From: the human T2T-CHM13v2.0 reference genome, Homo sapiens
Assembly: GCF_009914755.1 (NCBI RefSeq)
Contig: NC_060947.1
Length of the DNA: 64,000 nucleotides
Reading direction: 5' to 3' (one strand)
Each line of letters begins with the position of its first letter. The first letter of the stretch is position 1. This document shows positions 1-11,929 of this stretch, piece after piece. The notes under the pieces are model-generated. The model made no database searches. It saw nothing but the letters and a program-made list of their open reading frames with translations, and was not told where the DNA came from. The position numbers and the translations under genes were made by a program.

Positions 1-362
1 TGCTCAGGGGCCATTTCCAAATGGACAGACTTAAGGCCACAGAACAAAACTCTAGTTTCATTTGTCAATATCCAAGAGTTAGCCATTGATAAAACCTAGC
101 AGGTTTTGCCAACCAAGCTTTTTTCTGAGTTACGTGATCCCCTTAAGAAAATAATTCCATGGCTACTCCCTGGGCATCCTGGCTGTGTGCTTGACCTTTT
201 CTGGGATTAGTTAATGTGCCACCTCAGCACAGGCTGAGTTAAGCAATTATTTTAATGAAATCTTTAGGAACAAAGCTCAGCTCTTCCCCCACCATGGCCT
301 TCATCTGCTTTCTCTTCTCATACTCTAGCCCTAATGCCCTTCACCTTCTGCACCACTCTTCA

Positions 363-605
363 AGAGGCAGCAGGCAATCGTGGTTAAGAGGATGGTCTTG
401 GGAGCCAATCTGACAAGTGTTCATTTTCGTTTTGCCATTGCATAACTGTGACAAGGAGCAAATTACTGAACTTTTATATACTCAGTTTTCTCATGATAAT
501 ACTATCTTTGTCACAACATTGTTTTGAAGATTAAGTAAGTTATAAGCACTTAGAACAGTGACTGGCATGTGGTATAGGTTACAGAAATGTTTGTTAAATA
601 AAATA
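363..605 (+). mobile_element. MIR SINE, degraded
   Basis: MIR-like blocks: gtggttaagag...gggagcca, ctcagttttctcat, gaagattaa, gcacttagaacagtgactggca. Boundaries approximate. Confidence 0.65.
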
Positions 606-610
606 AGTTA

Positions 611-775
<165 letters not shown>

Positions 776-895
776 TCAATAAAGAGAAGTTGAAGGAAAT
801 GGAGAATGATTACCCTTGATACTAAACTCAAATGAGATCGAAATAAAACTTCCATCTTCAAAGAGTTCTGGGTATGTGGTCTGTCTTCAACTGAA

Positions 896-928
896 GTCCA
901 TCCATCCGTCCATCCATCCATCCATCCA
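896..928. repeat. (TCCA)n tetranucleotide repeat
   Basis: tccatccatccgtccatccatccatccatcca seen directly. Confidence 0.9.
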
Positions 929-1141
929 TACAATAAACTCTCATTGAACAGCTACTGTAGTATATGCTGTGTACATAGAAATGAACCCAAAGTGTTCTCA
1001 TACTTCAATGACTGTCTTCTAGACTGCCAATAAACTTTTTCTTCTGTTGGACAGTAGACAGTAGGGGCAGGGGGAGGAATGGCTAAAATATTATCTCATG
1101 TAGATGTCACAGACTCAAATGCCTACAGGAGCCATAGAGGT

Positions 1142-1559
1142 TGACAAAATTTGGATATTCGACCCCTCCAATTCTTATGTTAAAATGCAAACCCCAGTGT
1201 TGGAAGTGGGGTGCAGTGGGAGGTGTTTGAGTCATGGAGGCAGATTCCTCACAAATGGCTTGGTGACACCCCCCTCCAGTAATGAGTGAATTCTTGCTGT
1301 ATTAGTTCACAGGCTATCTGATTGTTTTCAACGAGCCTTGCACCGCCTTCTCTCTTTTGCTCCCTCTTTTCATGTGACACGCTGGCTTGCTTTGCCTTTC
1401 ACCATGAGTAAAAGCTTCCTGAGGTCCTTACAAAATGCAGATGCTGGCTCCATGCTTCTTGTACAGCCCCCCATAACCATGAACCAAATAAAACTCTTTT
1501 CTTTATAATTTACCTAGCTTCAGGTATTCCTTCACAGCAAAGCAAAACAGACTAACACA
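1142..1559 (+). mobile_element. MaLR solo LTR (MSTB-like)
   Basis: TG...CA termini (tgacaaaatttggatatt...agactaacaca) and an exact 5-bp TSD GAGGT at 1137-1141 and 1560-1564. MST-type motifs include gatgctggctccatgcttcttgtacagcc. Confidence 0.88.
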
Positions 1560-3179
1560 GAGGTACCTTGAATAAGTAAATGAGGCTAATTATAAGAAAA
1601 ATAAGCTGGCAGAAAAGTAGTACAAATTCAATTAATTATGGGGTGAGCATATCAGAGAAAGCAAAAATTCAAACTAGTGATATTTTAAGTTAAAAAAGAA
1701 AAATTCCAAATTAAAATTACAATAATTGATTTTCTTTCATAACTTATTATCAGTTTGATATGCAAACAAGACACCTACCTGACACCTTTTCTTTTGCATC
1801 AGCATTAATGTCAAGGCTTGTATTTAGAATTCCAATGTCAAGTACAGAATTTGTATAGATTAACAGGGGCGTGAGTAAGGGAAATGGTCAGAAATGAGGT
1901 GGGGTTATTTAACTTTAGTCAGTATATTAAAGAAATGAGTTGATTCCTTCCCTGACATGGTTAACTCTTTCCACCGTGGATTTTATATCTAGGGTGAGTA
2001 CTTGCCCTAACTCAGGCACCCAGGCTCATAAAGGGAAGCTGACCGCATACTGTATACCCTTTTCCTTCAAGTTTTGAGCTGCCTGTTGTTCAAGCCAGAG
2101 GGGAAGAGGGGTTCCTCCAGCTCATGGTGGCAACTACTATACCCCTAATATACTCTATTGAAACCTTCTACCACAAAGCAAATAATTTCTGGTGAATCTG
2201 CCAATAAACAAATATAAATGCTGGGTCCCTGCAAAACTTTGCAACATTGGATATACATTTCACAAGTCTGACATTAACAGCTATTCATGGGTACCAATTG
2301 TGATCTGCTTACATTACACTTTTTAAAACTTTTTCAATACACCTAAATAAGTCATTTCCTGCTTTGTTTGTAATGAGCAACATGCTAAAAATTTCTCCAA
2401 TCACATCAAAATTCTCACTGACATCATGAACAAATATTCATAACTCTATGGTATTTTTTATATCTGTGCTCTCATAAGCTGCAAAGGAAAATATCACAGG
2501 AAGTTTAACTTTTCCACATAATTTGCCTTGTATATAGTCTCAGTCATTTCTTCAACACAACAACAACAAGATTTCTAGTTGGACACATAATTTCTGATAC
2601 AATTAATAGACTTTTTTTTACAAGTTTGGTATCTATGAAATATTTTGATGCCTATAAAGGTTTGTTGCTGAAAGCATAACCACATTTTCTAGCAATAACA
2701 TTTAGTGTATGCATTGAAGCGCAAAACCTAACTTTCAATGTTTTTTAATTAATATTTTCATTGTGCATTTTTTCTATATATAAATCATAGTTTTTTGTAA
2801 TGAATAGCATAATTTTGATATATGAAGTTTTGTTTTCAACAAAAGCATACTTTGTGTGCTTAAAGATGTGAAAATATCCTTTATTTCTATAAGAAAATGT
2901 AAATTCTCCCATCTTGTTTAAAATATAGCCATCTCAGCATGTCTTAATTTTTTAAAAAAATTGATAGATATGGTACAAGAACGCTTTCATTTTCCTCATT
3001 TCTACTGGGAGCTCTTAATTCTCTTGTAAGTAAAACAAAAGTGCAAGTGAGATGATTACTGGCAACTGATACTATACTCCCTTTTCAGGGAGCAAGGTGA
3101 AAGTGATGGAGGTTATGAGGAAAGGGAAAGCATACCCTCATCTACAAGGGATGGTCACTATTTGGCCTCGATTGATTGA

Positions 3180-3365
3180 AGCCATGTAGGATTTGAGCCC
3201 AGTGTGTTGTCAGTCTTCTGATTTTGTGAAATAATAAGCAAATGTGGAATTTTATATGACATCTCACAAATTTAAAATCTTAGCAAATAATTTTAAAAGT
3301 TGTAAACTGTGTATGGATCAAACAAGTCACACCTGAAGCTCCCAATTTATAACCTATGGTCTAGA
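3180..3365. mobile_element. Probable hAT-Charlie/MER-type DNA transposon relic
   Basis: cccagtgtgttgtcagtcttctgatttt...aatttataacctatggtctaga resembles old Charlie-derived MITEs. Recalled similarity only. Confidence 0.4.
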
Positions 3366-4615
3366 GACTTTCTCCTATAGATGGCTATGATTCCTTATAA
3401 TTCCACCTTAAAAACAAAGCATCCTCTTCTACTTATGGGATATCTAGGGCTCTCAGCTTGATTTGTGGACCTTTAAACTATTATCACCAAGAAGAAAGGA
3501 AAATCTTCTCAGAACCCTTCTCATACCCTTACCTAAAATTTACACTGATATTATATGAGGCAGTCATAACACGGTCTGCGAAATGTGATTTCACAAGACC
3601 CTTGTGCTCTCATTTTTCCCCAGAGTCTTTTATCTTTAGTACATATGCTTGGGGTACCCCTACTCCTAAGCAGGGAACCATCTGTATAGGTCTTCTTACC
3701 TTTGCTATTCAGATGGTTGTAACACTTTTTGTTTAAAGATAGTGCCATGTTCTATCCAATCTACCCAAGATTTTGGCAGTGTAAAAACTAGAACAGGTTC
3801 GTTCAGGGAAAGAGTAAGCAATGGAAGATTTTGTTTCCACCCCTAAAAAAGAAAAGGAATTTCTTGCTGGATCTCTTAACTTAAGTTGAGTACCTGGCAC
3901 AGACAACACTGAATATTCACCCTGAAAATCCAAGCAGACCCTAAGGCAGATGTGACGACAAACTGTGTAGCTATCGGTATCTCAGAAAATTCACTTCTCC
4001 AGACTAGCACCTTACTTCATGCAAAAAGCAGCGATTTAATTTCTTTGGCAATAATATATGGGAACAGAGGGATTTGAGGAGAAAAAAATACCCTCTTCTC
4101 ATAAGATAGAGGGCAAAGCAGGAAAGACATGAATAAGTGGAAGACGAAGATGTGAATTTAAAAATAAAAACAAAAACAAGTTGAAAACTACTCAATTGAG
4201 TGTCTGCTTGGAGCCTGACCTGTACTGGTAAACAAAGTCTGTGAAGGCACAGTAGCCACCATCACATCAGGAAGCCCACAATTTACTTGGGGAGACAGAG
4301 AAAGCACAATGGCTGTAGTGCAATTTGGAATATAGGAGTATGCACACTAGTAAAATAAACACAAGTGTTAAGTAAAACCAGAGGTGAGCACTATTGCTCC
4401 TGCTCAGAGTGGGGTGTTACAGAAGGATTCTTAAAGTAAATGATACTCAGAAGATGAGGCCACCTTTAGTAGGTGAAAGAAGGACATTCCTAGCAAAAGA
4501 ACAACATAGCCAAGGCAAAAAGTATGTGAGCACATGGAGCGGTAAAGGAATTAATAGTATCACTGGAGTCACAGGCCAGAAGGAAGCTTAATAAATAGCA
4601 TAAAATATCCAAGTT

Positions 4616-4898
4616 AGTCTGGGTGCAGTGGCTTATGTTGTAATCCCAGCACCTTGGAAGGCCAATGCAGGAGGATTGCATGGGGCCAAGAGTTTGAGAA
4701 CAACCTGGGCAACATAGAAGGAAACCGTCTCTGCAAAAAAAATTAAAAATTAGCTGGGCATGGTGGCACATGCCTGTAGCCCCAGCTGCTCAGGAGGCTG
4801 AGGCAGGAGAATCAATTAAGCCCAGGAGTTCAAGGCTACAGTGAGCTGTGATTGAACCACTGCACTCCAGCCCAGGCAATAGAGCAAGGCCTTTGTCT

Positions 4899-4940
<42 letters not shown>
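4616..4940 (+). mobile_element. AluJ-type SINE with an uninterrupted A41 tail
   Basis: Dimeric Alu with AluJ-like diagnostics (gcccaggagttcaaggctacagtgagctgtgatt). A run at 4900-4940. Confidence 0.93.
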
Positions 4941-4943
<3 letters not shown>

Positions 4944-5864
4944 AAATTGCCTACCCTAAGAACTAAGGGTTTTTGCAGTCCTGGATTTCTTGTTTTTATT
5001 ATATAGTCCCCAGAAGAAACTTCTAATGGGAAAGTGGGAACCTCTGTTGGAATACGCACGTGTGTACATACATGTGTGTACACACGAGTTGTGGACATGC
5101 CTAAAGGAGAGAGATGACATGACCAGATATAAGCTTGGGAAGGATCACCCTAGCTGCCGTAAGGATGGCTGGTGGAAAAGAGTGAAACTGAAGCCAAGAC
5201 AGTATTTAAAAGGTCATCACAATGCCTTTTGGTGTCAGTGACCCATAGGCATAATATACTAGACAGTGGGTTGAACTGAGTGGGACAGAGCGATTTCAGA
5301 AGTAGAAATGATTATAATTTTTGACTTTTCATGGTGCTTAAGAAAGGAAAAAGGACATTTTAAAAAGATTCTACATGATCCTAACATTGTAGCTTTTCCA
5401 AGTACATGGATAATGATGGAATTTATTCACCCACTGGGGAGCAGAATTCTTCCCAGTTAGACCTCCTTCTGCTTTCCTTCTTCCACGGATTTGGGCTCCT
5501 TTAATTCCTCAGCTTCTCTCCTATAAAACTGCCCCCTCATCTCAATTCCAATCATTCTATTTCCATAGAGGAGCTGGGGTAGGGTGGAGGGACTGGTTCC
5601 TGAAGAAAGGATATCTACCTGACAATTAGAACTTTTGCACTCGCTGAATGGGCCCCTCAATATATTTCATGAGCTATAATGGCAAAAGCAACTCCTTGTC
5701 TTTAGTTGCTTAGCAAAATGCCTCCTTCTGTTATCTGAGCCTTGGTATGTAACAGACCCCAGGAAAAAAGGAAGTAACAAACAATCTTGCCATGTTAGCA
5801 CAAATGAGAAAGCATTTCTTTTGAAATATTGTCAGAAACCACTTGCTTAATTGATTTAATCAGT

Positions 5865-6330
5865 TACCCGTTCAACAAATATCAAGGCATCATATTAGAT
5901 AGTGAAGATACAGCGATCATAAAACATCTGAGGCCTCATCACCTCATTGAGCTTACAGTCTAGTGAGAAAAGACTGACAATAAACAAGTAAATAAATAAT
6001 ATAGTAACAGAGTGATGCATGCTATGAAGAAAATAGAGTTACAGGGTGAGGAGGGGTGTCATTAGATACAGTGGTAAGAGAAGATCTCTCTGAGGGTGGT
6101 TTCTAATCTAAAACATTAAGAAATGAGAAGGAGTCAGTCATGCAAGAGCTTGATGGAAAACATTTCAGGCCAAAATAATAACAAAACAACTAAACCTCCG
6201 CAACCCCCCAAAACCAGCAAATGCAAAGTCTTCTACGTGGTAAAGAGTTCTAGGAACTGGCAGAAGGCCAATGTAATGGGGAAAGGGATATGATATAAGA
6301 TTGAGGAGGTAGGTAACCAGAATACAGGAT
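5865..6330 (-). mobile_element. L2 LINE relic
   Basis: Antisense L2 motifs: ttcaacaaatat, gagcttacagtctagtg, tgctatgaagaaaata, gaaggagtcagtcatgc. Confidence 0.6.
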
Positions 6331-6530
6331 ATAAACCAAGATAGAGATCACAAAGAGTTTTAGTGAAAGGAACTTAAGTTTGGTTTGGACATGGTAAAAA
6401 TCCAAGGATTCTCCAGATTTCTCAGCACCATATGTTGAAGAGACTGTCCTTCCCTTAATGTGTATTTTGGTGCTTTTGTCAAAAATCAGTTGGCTGTAAA
6501 TATGTAGGTTTATTTCTGTATTCTCTATTC

Positions 6531-7027
6531 CTTTTTTTTTATTTTTATAGATTTGGAGAGTACAAGTGCAGTTTTGTTAAACTGATATATTGTGTAGTGG
6601 ACAAGTCTGAGCTTTTAGTGTACCCATTGCCCAAATACGAAACATTGCACCCTACAGGTATTTTTTCAATCTTCACCCCCTCATACCCTCTCACCTTTTG
6701 GAATCTCCAGTGTGTATTATTCCACTCTCTGTATCCATGTGTATCCATTATTTGGCTCCCACTTATAAGTGAGAATATGCGGTATTCGAGTTTATGAGCT
6801 ATATCACTTAGGATAGTGGCCTCTAGTTCCATCTATGGTGCAGCAGACCATGATTTCATCCTTTTTATGGCTGAGTAGTATTCCATGGTGTCTGTGTATG
6901 TGTTTGTAAATATATATATAGCAATTTTCTTTATCCAGTCATCCACTGATGGACATTTAGGTTGATTCCATGACTTTGCTATTGTGAATAGTGCTGTGAT
7001 AAACATACAATTGTAGGTGTCTTTTTA
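6531..7027 (-). mobile_element. Nested 5'-truncated L1 3' end (L1PB/L1MA-type)
   Basis: A T-rich tail and antisense 3'UTR interrupt the host between ...ttctctattc and tgttccattg. Confidence 0.8.
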
Positions 7028-7583
7028 TGTTCCATTGTTCTGTGTGTCAGTTTTTATGCCACTACCATGCTGTTTTGGTTACTATAGCTTCGTGGTATAT
7101 TTTGAAGTCAGGTAGTGTGATGTCCCCAGCTTTAATCCTTTTGCTCAGTATGGTTTTGGAGATGTGGGGTCTTTTGTGGTTTCATATGAATTTTAGAATG
7201 TTTTTTCTATTTCAGGAAGCATGTCATTGGTGTTTTGATAGCAATCGTATTGAATGTGTAGATTGCTTTAGGTAGCATGAACATTTTAACAATATCAGTT
7301 CTTCCAGTCCATGAACACAAGACGTCTTTCTATTTATTTGTGTCTTCCTCTATTTTTCTAATCAATGTTTATAGTTTTCATTGTGGAGATCTTTTACCTC
7401 CTTGGTTAAATTTATTCCTAGAATTTTATTGTTTTGTAGCTATTGTAAATGGAATCACTTTCTTTTTTCAAATAGTTCACTATTGGCATATAGAAATGGT
7501 ACTGACTTTTGTATGTGGATTTTGTATCCTTCCACGTTGCTTATTTTCTTAATTCTAACAAATTTTTGTTTAGTTCTTTAGGG

Positions 7584-7660
7584 ATATATGTATACACACA
7601 CACACACATATATATATACACACACATATATGTATGTGTGTATGGATATATATATATATT
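7584..7660. repeat. Mixed (TA)/(CA)/(TG) microsatellite inside L1
   Basis: Seen directly. Confidence 0.85.
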
Positions 7661-7670
7661 TTTTTTTTTA

Positions 7671-7790
<120 letters not shown>

Positions 7791-8995
7791 TCACCACTAG
7801 TTGTGAGAAGTGGTGAGACTGGGTATCCTTGCCTTGTTTCACAGTTTCAGATCTTAGAAAAGAGCTCTCAGCCTTTTCCATTCAGTATGATGTTTGCTGT
7901 AGGTTTGTCATATATGGCCTTTATTGTGTTGAGGTACATTCTTTTTCTATACCTAATTAGTTAAGAGCTTTCATCAGGAAGAGATGTTGAATATTATTTT
8001 CTTCATCTATTGAAATGACCGTGTTTTTTGTCCTTCATTTTGTTGATGTCATGTATCACATCTATTCATTTGTATGTTTTCAACCATTTTTGCATCCCTG
8101 GGATGAATCCCACTTGTCTTTTCAACATGGTGCTGAGAAAACTGCATGTCCACATGTACAAGAATGAGACTAAACCCTTATCTCTCACTATAAAAAATGG
8201 AATCAAAATGGATTAATGACTTAAATGTAAAACCCAATGCTATAAAATTACTAGAAGAAAATGTAGGGGAAATTCTCCATGCCATTAGTCATCTGGGCAA
8301 GGATCTTTTAGATAACAATACCAAAGCACAGGCATTAAAAGCAAAGTAGAGATATGGAATTTTATCAAACTAAAAATCTTCTGTAGAGTAAGTGAAACAA
8401 TCAACAGAGTGAACAGAAAATACACAGAATGGGAAAAATATTTTCGAAGTATACATCTGATAAGGGGTTAATATCCAGTATATCTAAGGAACTCAAATAA
8501 TATAAAAAAATCTGATTTTAAAAATGGGCAAAAGACCTTAATAGACTTCTCTCAAAAGAAGATATACAAATGGCCTCCAGGTATATAAAAAATGCCCAAT
8601 ATCGCTAATCATTACAGAGATGCAAATCAAAACCACAATTAGATATCATCTCACCCTGGTTAGAATGACTATTATCAAAAAGACAAAAGAGAACAAGTGC
8701 TGGAAAAGATGAGAAGAAAGGGGAACTCTTTCTTATACACTGTTGGTGAGAATGCAAATTGGTACTGCCAGTATGAAAAAAAGTATTGAGTTTCCTCAAA
8801 AAATTAAAAACCGAATTACCATAATATCCAGCAATTCCACTACTGGGTATACACCCAAAATAAATAAAGTGAATATGTTCAACAGATATCTATACTTCAA
8901 TTACTATTTTAGCACTGTTCAAAACAGCCAAGATATGGAATCAATCCAAGTGTCCATCAATGAATGAATGAATAAGAAAATGTTATATAATATAT

Positions 8996-8998
<3 letters not shown>

Positions 8999-9052
<54 letters not shown>
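8999..9052. repeat. Perfect (CA)27 microsatellite
   Basis: Seen directly, within the L1 3' region. Confidence 0.95.
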
Positions 9053-9054
<2 letters not shown>

Positions 9055-9794
9055 GGAATGCTATTCAGCCATAAAAAGAGAATGAAATCCTATTATCTGT
9101 GGCAATGTGGATAAAATTGCAGGACATTATGTTAAATGAAGTGAGCAAGGCTCAGAAAGACAAATGTTGCATTGTATCATTCATATACATAATCTAAAAT
9201 AGATATATCATAAAAGTAGAGAATAGAATGGCAGTTACCTGAGGCTGGGGAAGGAGAAGAGAGAGGGCCTGGAGAGAGCTTGGTTAATGGAGGGAGATTG
9301 ATTAATGGGTACAAGGTACAGTTGGATAGAAGGAATAAGTTCTGGTGTGCTATTGTGCAGAAGACTGATTATATTTTTAAAATATTGTATGATATATTTC
9401 AAAATAGCCAGAAGAGAGGATTTTGAATGTTCTCATCACAAATACACGATAAATATTTAAGATAATGGAAATGTTAAATACCCTGATTTGATCATTACAC
9501 AATATATATATTTATTGAAACATCTAATTGTACCCAAAAAGTATACACACTTATTTGTCAATTAAAACGAAAATAATTTTTAAAAAATTTAGGAGTTCTG
9601 ATGAATCTGAAAGCTACAGCCTGAGGCTGGTATATATAAAAGCAAATGGAAACTGGTACTATATTGGTTTATAACTTAATCAAATAATTGCAATTATCAA
9701 AACTTTTATTATTCACAATGACAGGACAAGTTATAGCCACTAGTTACTGGCAAATTAAGAAAATTTTGGATTTCTAGTGCAGAGTATATATGTT

Positions 9795-11325
9795 TCCTCA
9801 TGTATTGAGATGATCGTGTGGTTTTTGTCCATTTTATTAATATGTCATATTAGGTTGAATGGTTTTCAGTTGTTGAGCCAACTTTGTATTCCTGGGAAAA
9901 ATCTCACTTAAAAATGATGTATAATCCATTTTATAAGTTGCTTGAATCCGTTGCTAGAGTTTCACTGAAGATTTTTGTGTCTATACTCATAAGAAATACT
10001 TGTCTATAAGAAATACTTGCCTATAGTTGTATTTTTTAGTTACCTTTGGTTTTGATATCAGGGTAACACTGGCCTCATAGAATGAATTAAGAAATGTTCT
10101 TTCCCCTTCTATATTTTGGAAGAATTATTTGTGAAAACCTGGTATTGATTGGTATCAAGTCTTCTTCAAGTGTTTTGTACAATTCAATGGTGAAGCCTTA
10201 GATCTAATGGTGGGCTTTTCTTTATGAGAAGTTATTAAATTACTAATGTAACCTATTTACTTAGTATAGGGTCAATGAAAACTTCTATTTCTCCTTCAGT
10301 CAGTTCCATCAGTTTGTATATTTCTATGACTTTTTTTCATTTCATCTAGGTTACCTAATTTGTTGGTGTACAGTTGCTCATAGTATTCCCATAAAATCCT
10401 GCTTATTTCTGTAAGGCAAGTATGATGTGCCTTCTTTCAGGCTTTTAGTAATGTGATTCTATTCTTTTATTTGCTTCGTCTGTCTGGTGAAAGGTTTATC
10501 AGTTTTGCTGATCTTTTCAAATAACTTTTAGATTTTTTTATTTTCTTTAATTTTTAAAATTCTTTATTTTATTTATTTTTACTCTAATATTTATTATTTT
10601 TTCCTTCTGCTTGCTTTGGATTTAGTTTGGTCTTCTTTTTCTAGTCTCTTAAGGTGGAAATTCAGGTTATTGATTTTAGATTTCTCTTTTAAATATAGGT
10701 TTTACAGTTATAAATTTCCCTCTAAGCACTGCTTTAAGCTGATGCATCCCATAAGTTTTGGTGTGTTATGTCATCATTTTCATTTGTTTCAAAATATTTT
10801 CTAATTCCCTTTGTGATTTTTTATTTGGATCATTGTCTGTTTAGGAGGGGAATGTGTTGTTCGATCTCAACATATTTGTAAATTTTGCGAACTTCCTTTT
10901 CTTACTGATTTCTAATTCTGGGTAAGAAAATGTACTTTGTATGGTTCCAATACTTTAAAATTTATTGAGTCTTATTGTATAACCTAATATATGGTCTACC
11001 TCAGAAAATGTTCCATGTGCACTTGAGAATAATGTTCAGTCTTATGTTGTTTGGTGGAACGCTCTATAGATGTTGGTTATGTCTAATTGGTTTATAGAAT
11101 TGTTCAAATCTTGTATTTCTGTGTTGATCTGCCTAGATGTTCTATCCATGTATTGAAAGTGGAATACTGAAATCTCTAATTATTACTGTTGAATTGTCTT
11201 ATTTTTCTCTTCAGTTCTATCAGTGTTGCTTCATGTATTTTGGGGCTCTGTGTTTAAGTGTGTATTTCTTTATAATTGTTATACTTTTTTCTGATGGATT
11301 GACCTTTTCATCATGACAAAATCTT
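9795..11325 (-). mobile_element. Old L1M ORF2 fragment (endonuclease to RT region)
   Basis: Antisense ORF2 motifs: ctggcctcatagaatgaatta, ataaatttccctctaagcactgcttt, aatgttccatgtgcacttgagaa. Confidence 0.8.
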
Positions 11326-11604
11326 CAAGGCTTCTACAGAGGAGGAAAGAAGAGGATGGGAATAGGGCTCCCTGGTTGTACTGAGAACTAATCATTTTTC
11401 TTGAATAACGCTCTTCAGAGTGTTAGGAGACTTTTGTTAATTTCCGGAGTTTGGAGAAAGTTTATTTTGACAATGTTTGAAAATTGTCTCATTGCTTTTA
11501 TGGAGGAGTGGATTTTCAGAAGTTCTAACTCTGTCATTCCAGAATTGCTTCCTCACTAGAGGTTTTCTAAGATTAATTTTAACTGCCCATTTAGGAACTT
11601 AATA

Positions 11605-11910
11605 ATTTAAATCACTCTCCTTCTTGATGTACTTTATTTGGCCTCCAGGACAACACGTTCCCTTTAGGTTTTCTCATACGTCACCTGTCTTCGCCTTCAC
11701 GTTTATTAAATTATTCTCTTCTTTCTAGCTTCTAAATGTTATCATGTCTAAAGAAAAAGTCCTTCCTTGATTCTCTTCTCTTCTCTGTATATAGTCATTT
11801 CCATAGTGATCTCATCTAGTTGTATGGCTTTAAACATCATCTATGTGGATGACACCTAAATTAAATCTCCAATCCAGATCTCTTTTATGAACACCGAAGT
11901 TACATTCCAG
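11605..11910 (+). mobile_element. L2 fragment, probably the 5' part of the L2 that continues at ~15930
   Basis: gtgatctcatctagt...ggctttaaacatcatctatgtggatgacacctaaatt...ctccaatccagatctc. Confidence 0.6.
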
Positions 11911-11929
11911 ATAATCAGCACCCAGGAGT

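Noticed and set aside
5059-5086. 10-bp inverted repeat cgtgtgtaca/tgtacacacg
   Set aside because: Expected within a short RY microsatellite, and too small for a pre-miRNA claim.
9989-10024. 17-bp tandem duplication ataagaaatacttg(t/c)ct
   Set aside because: Ordinary slippage within an old L1.
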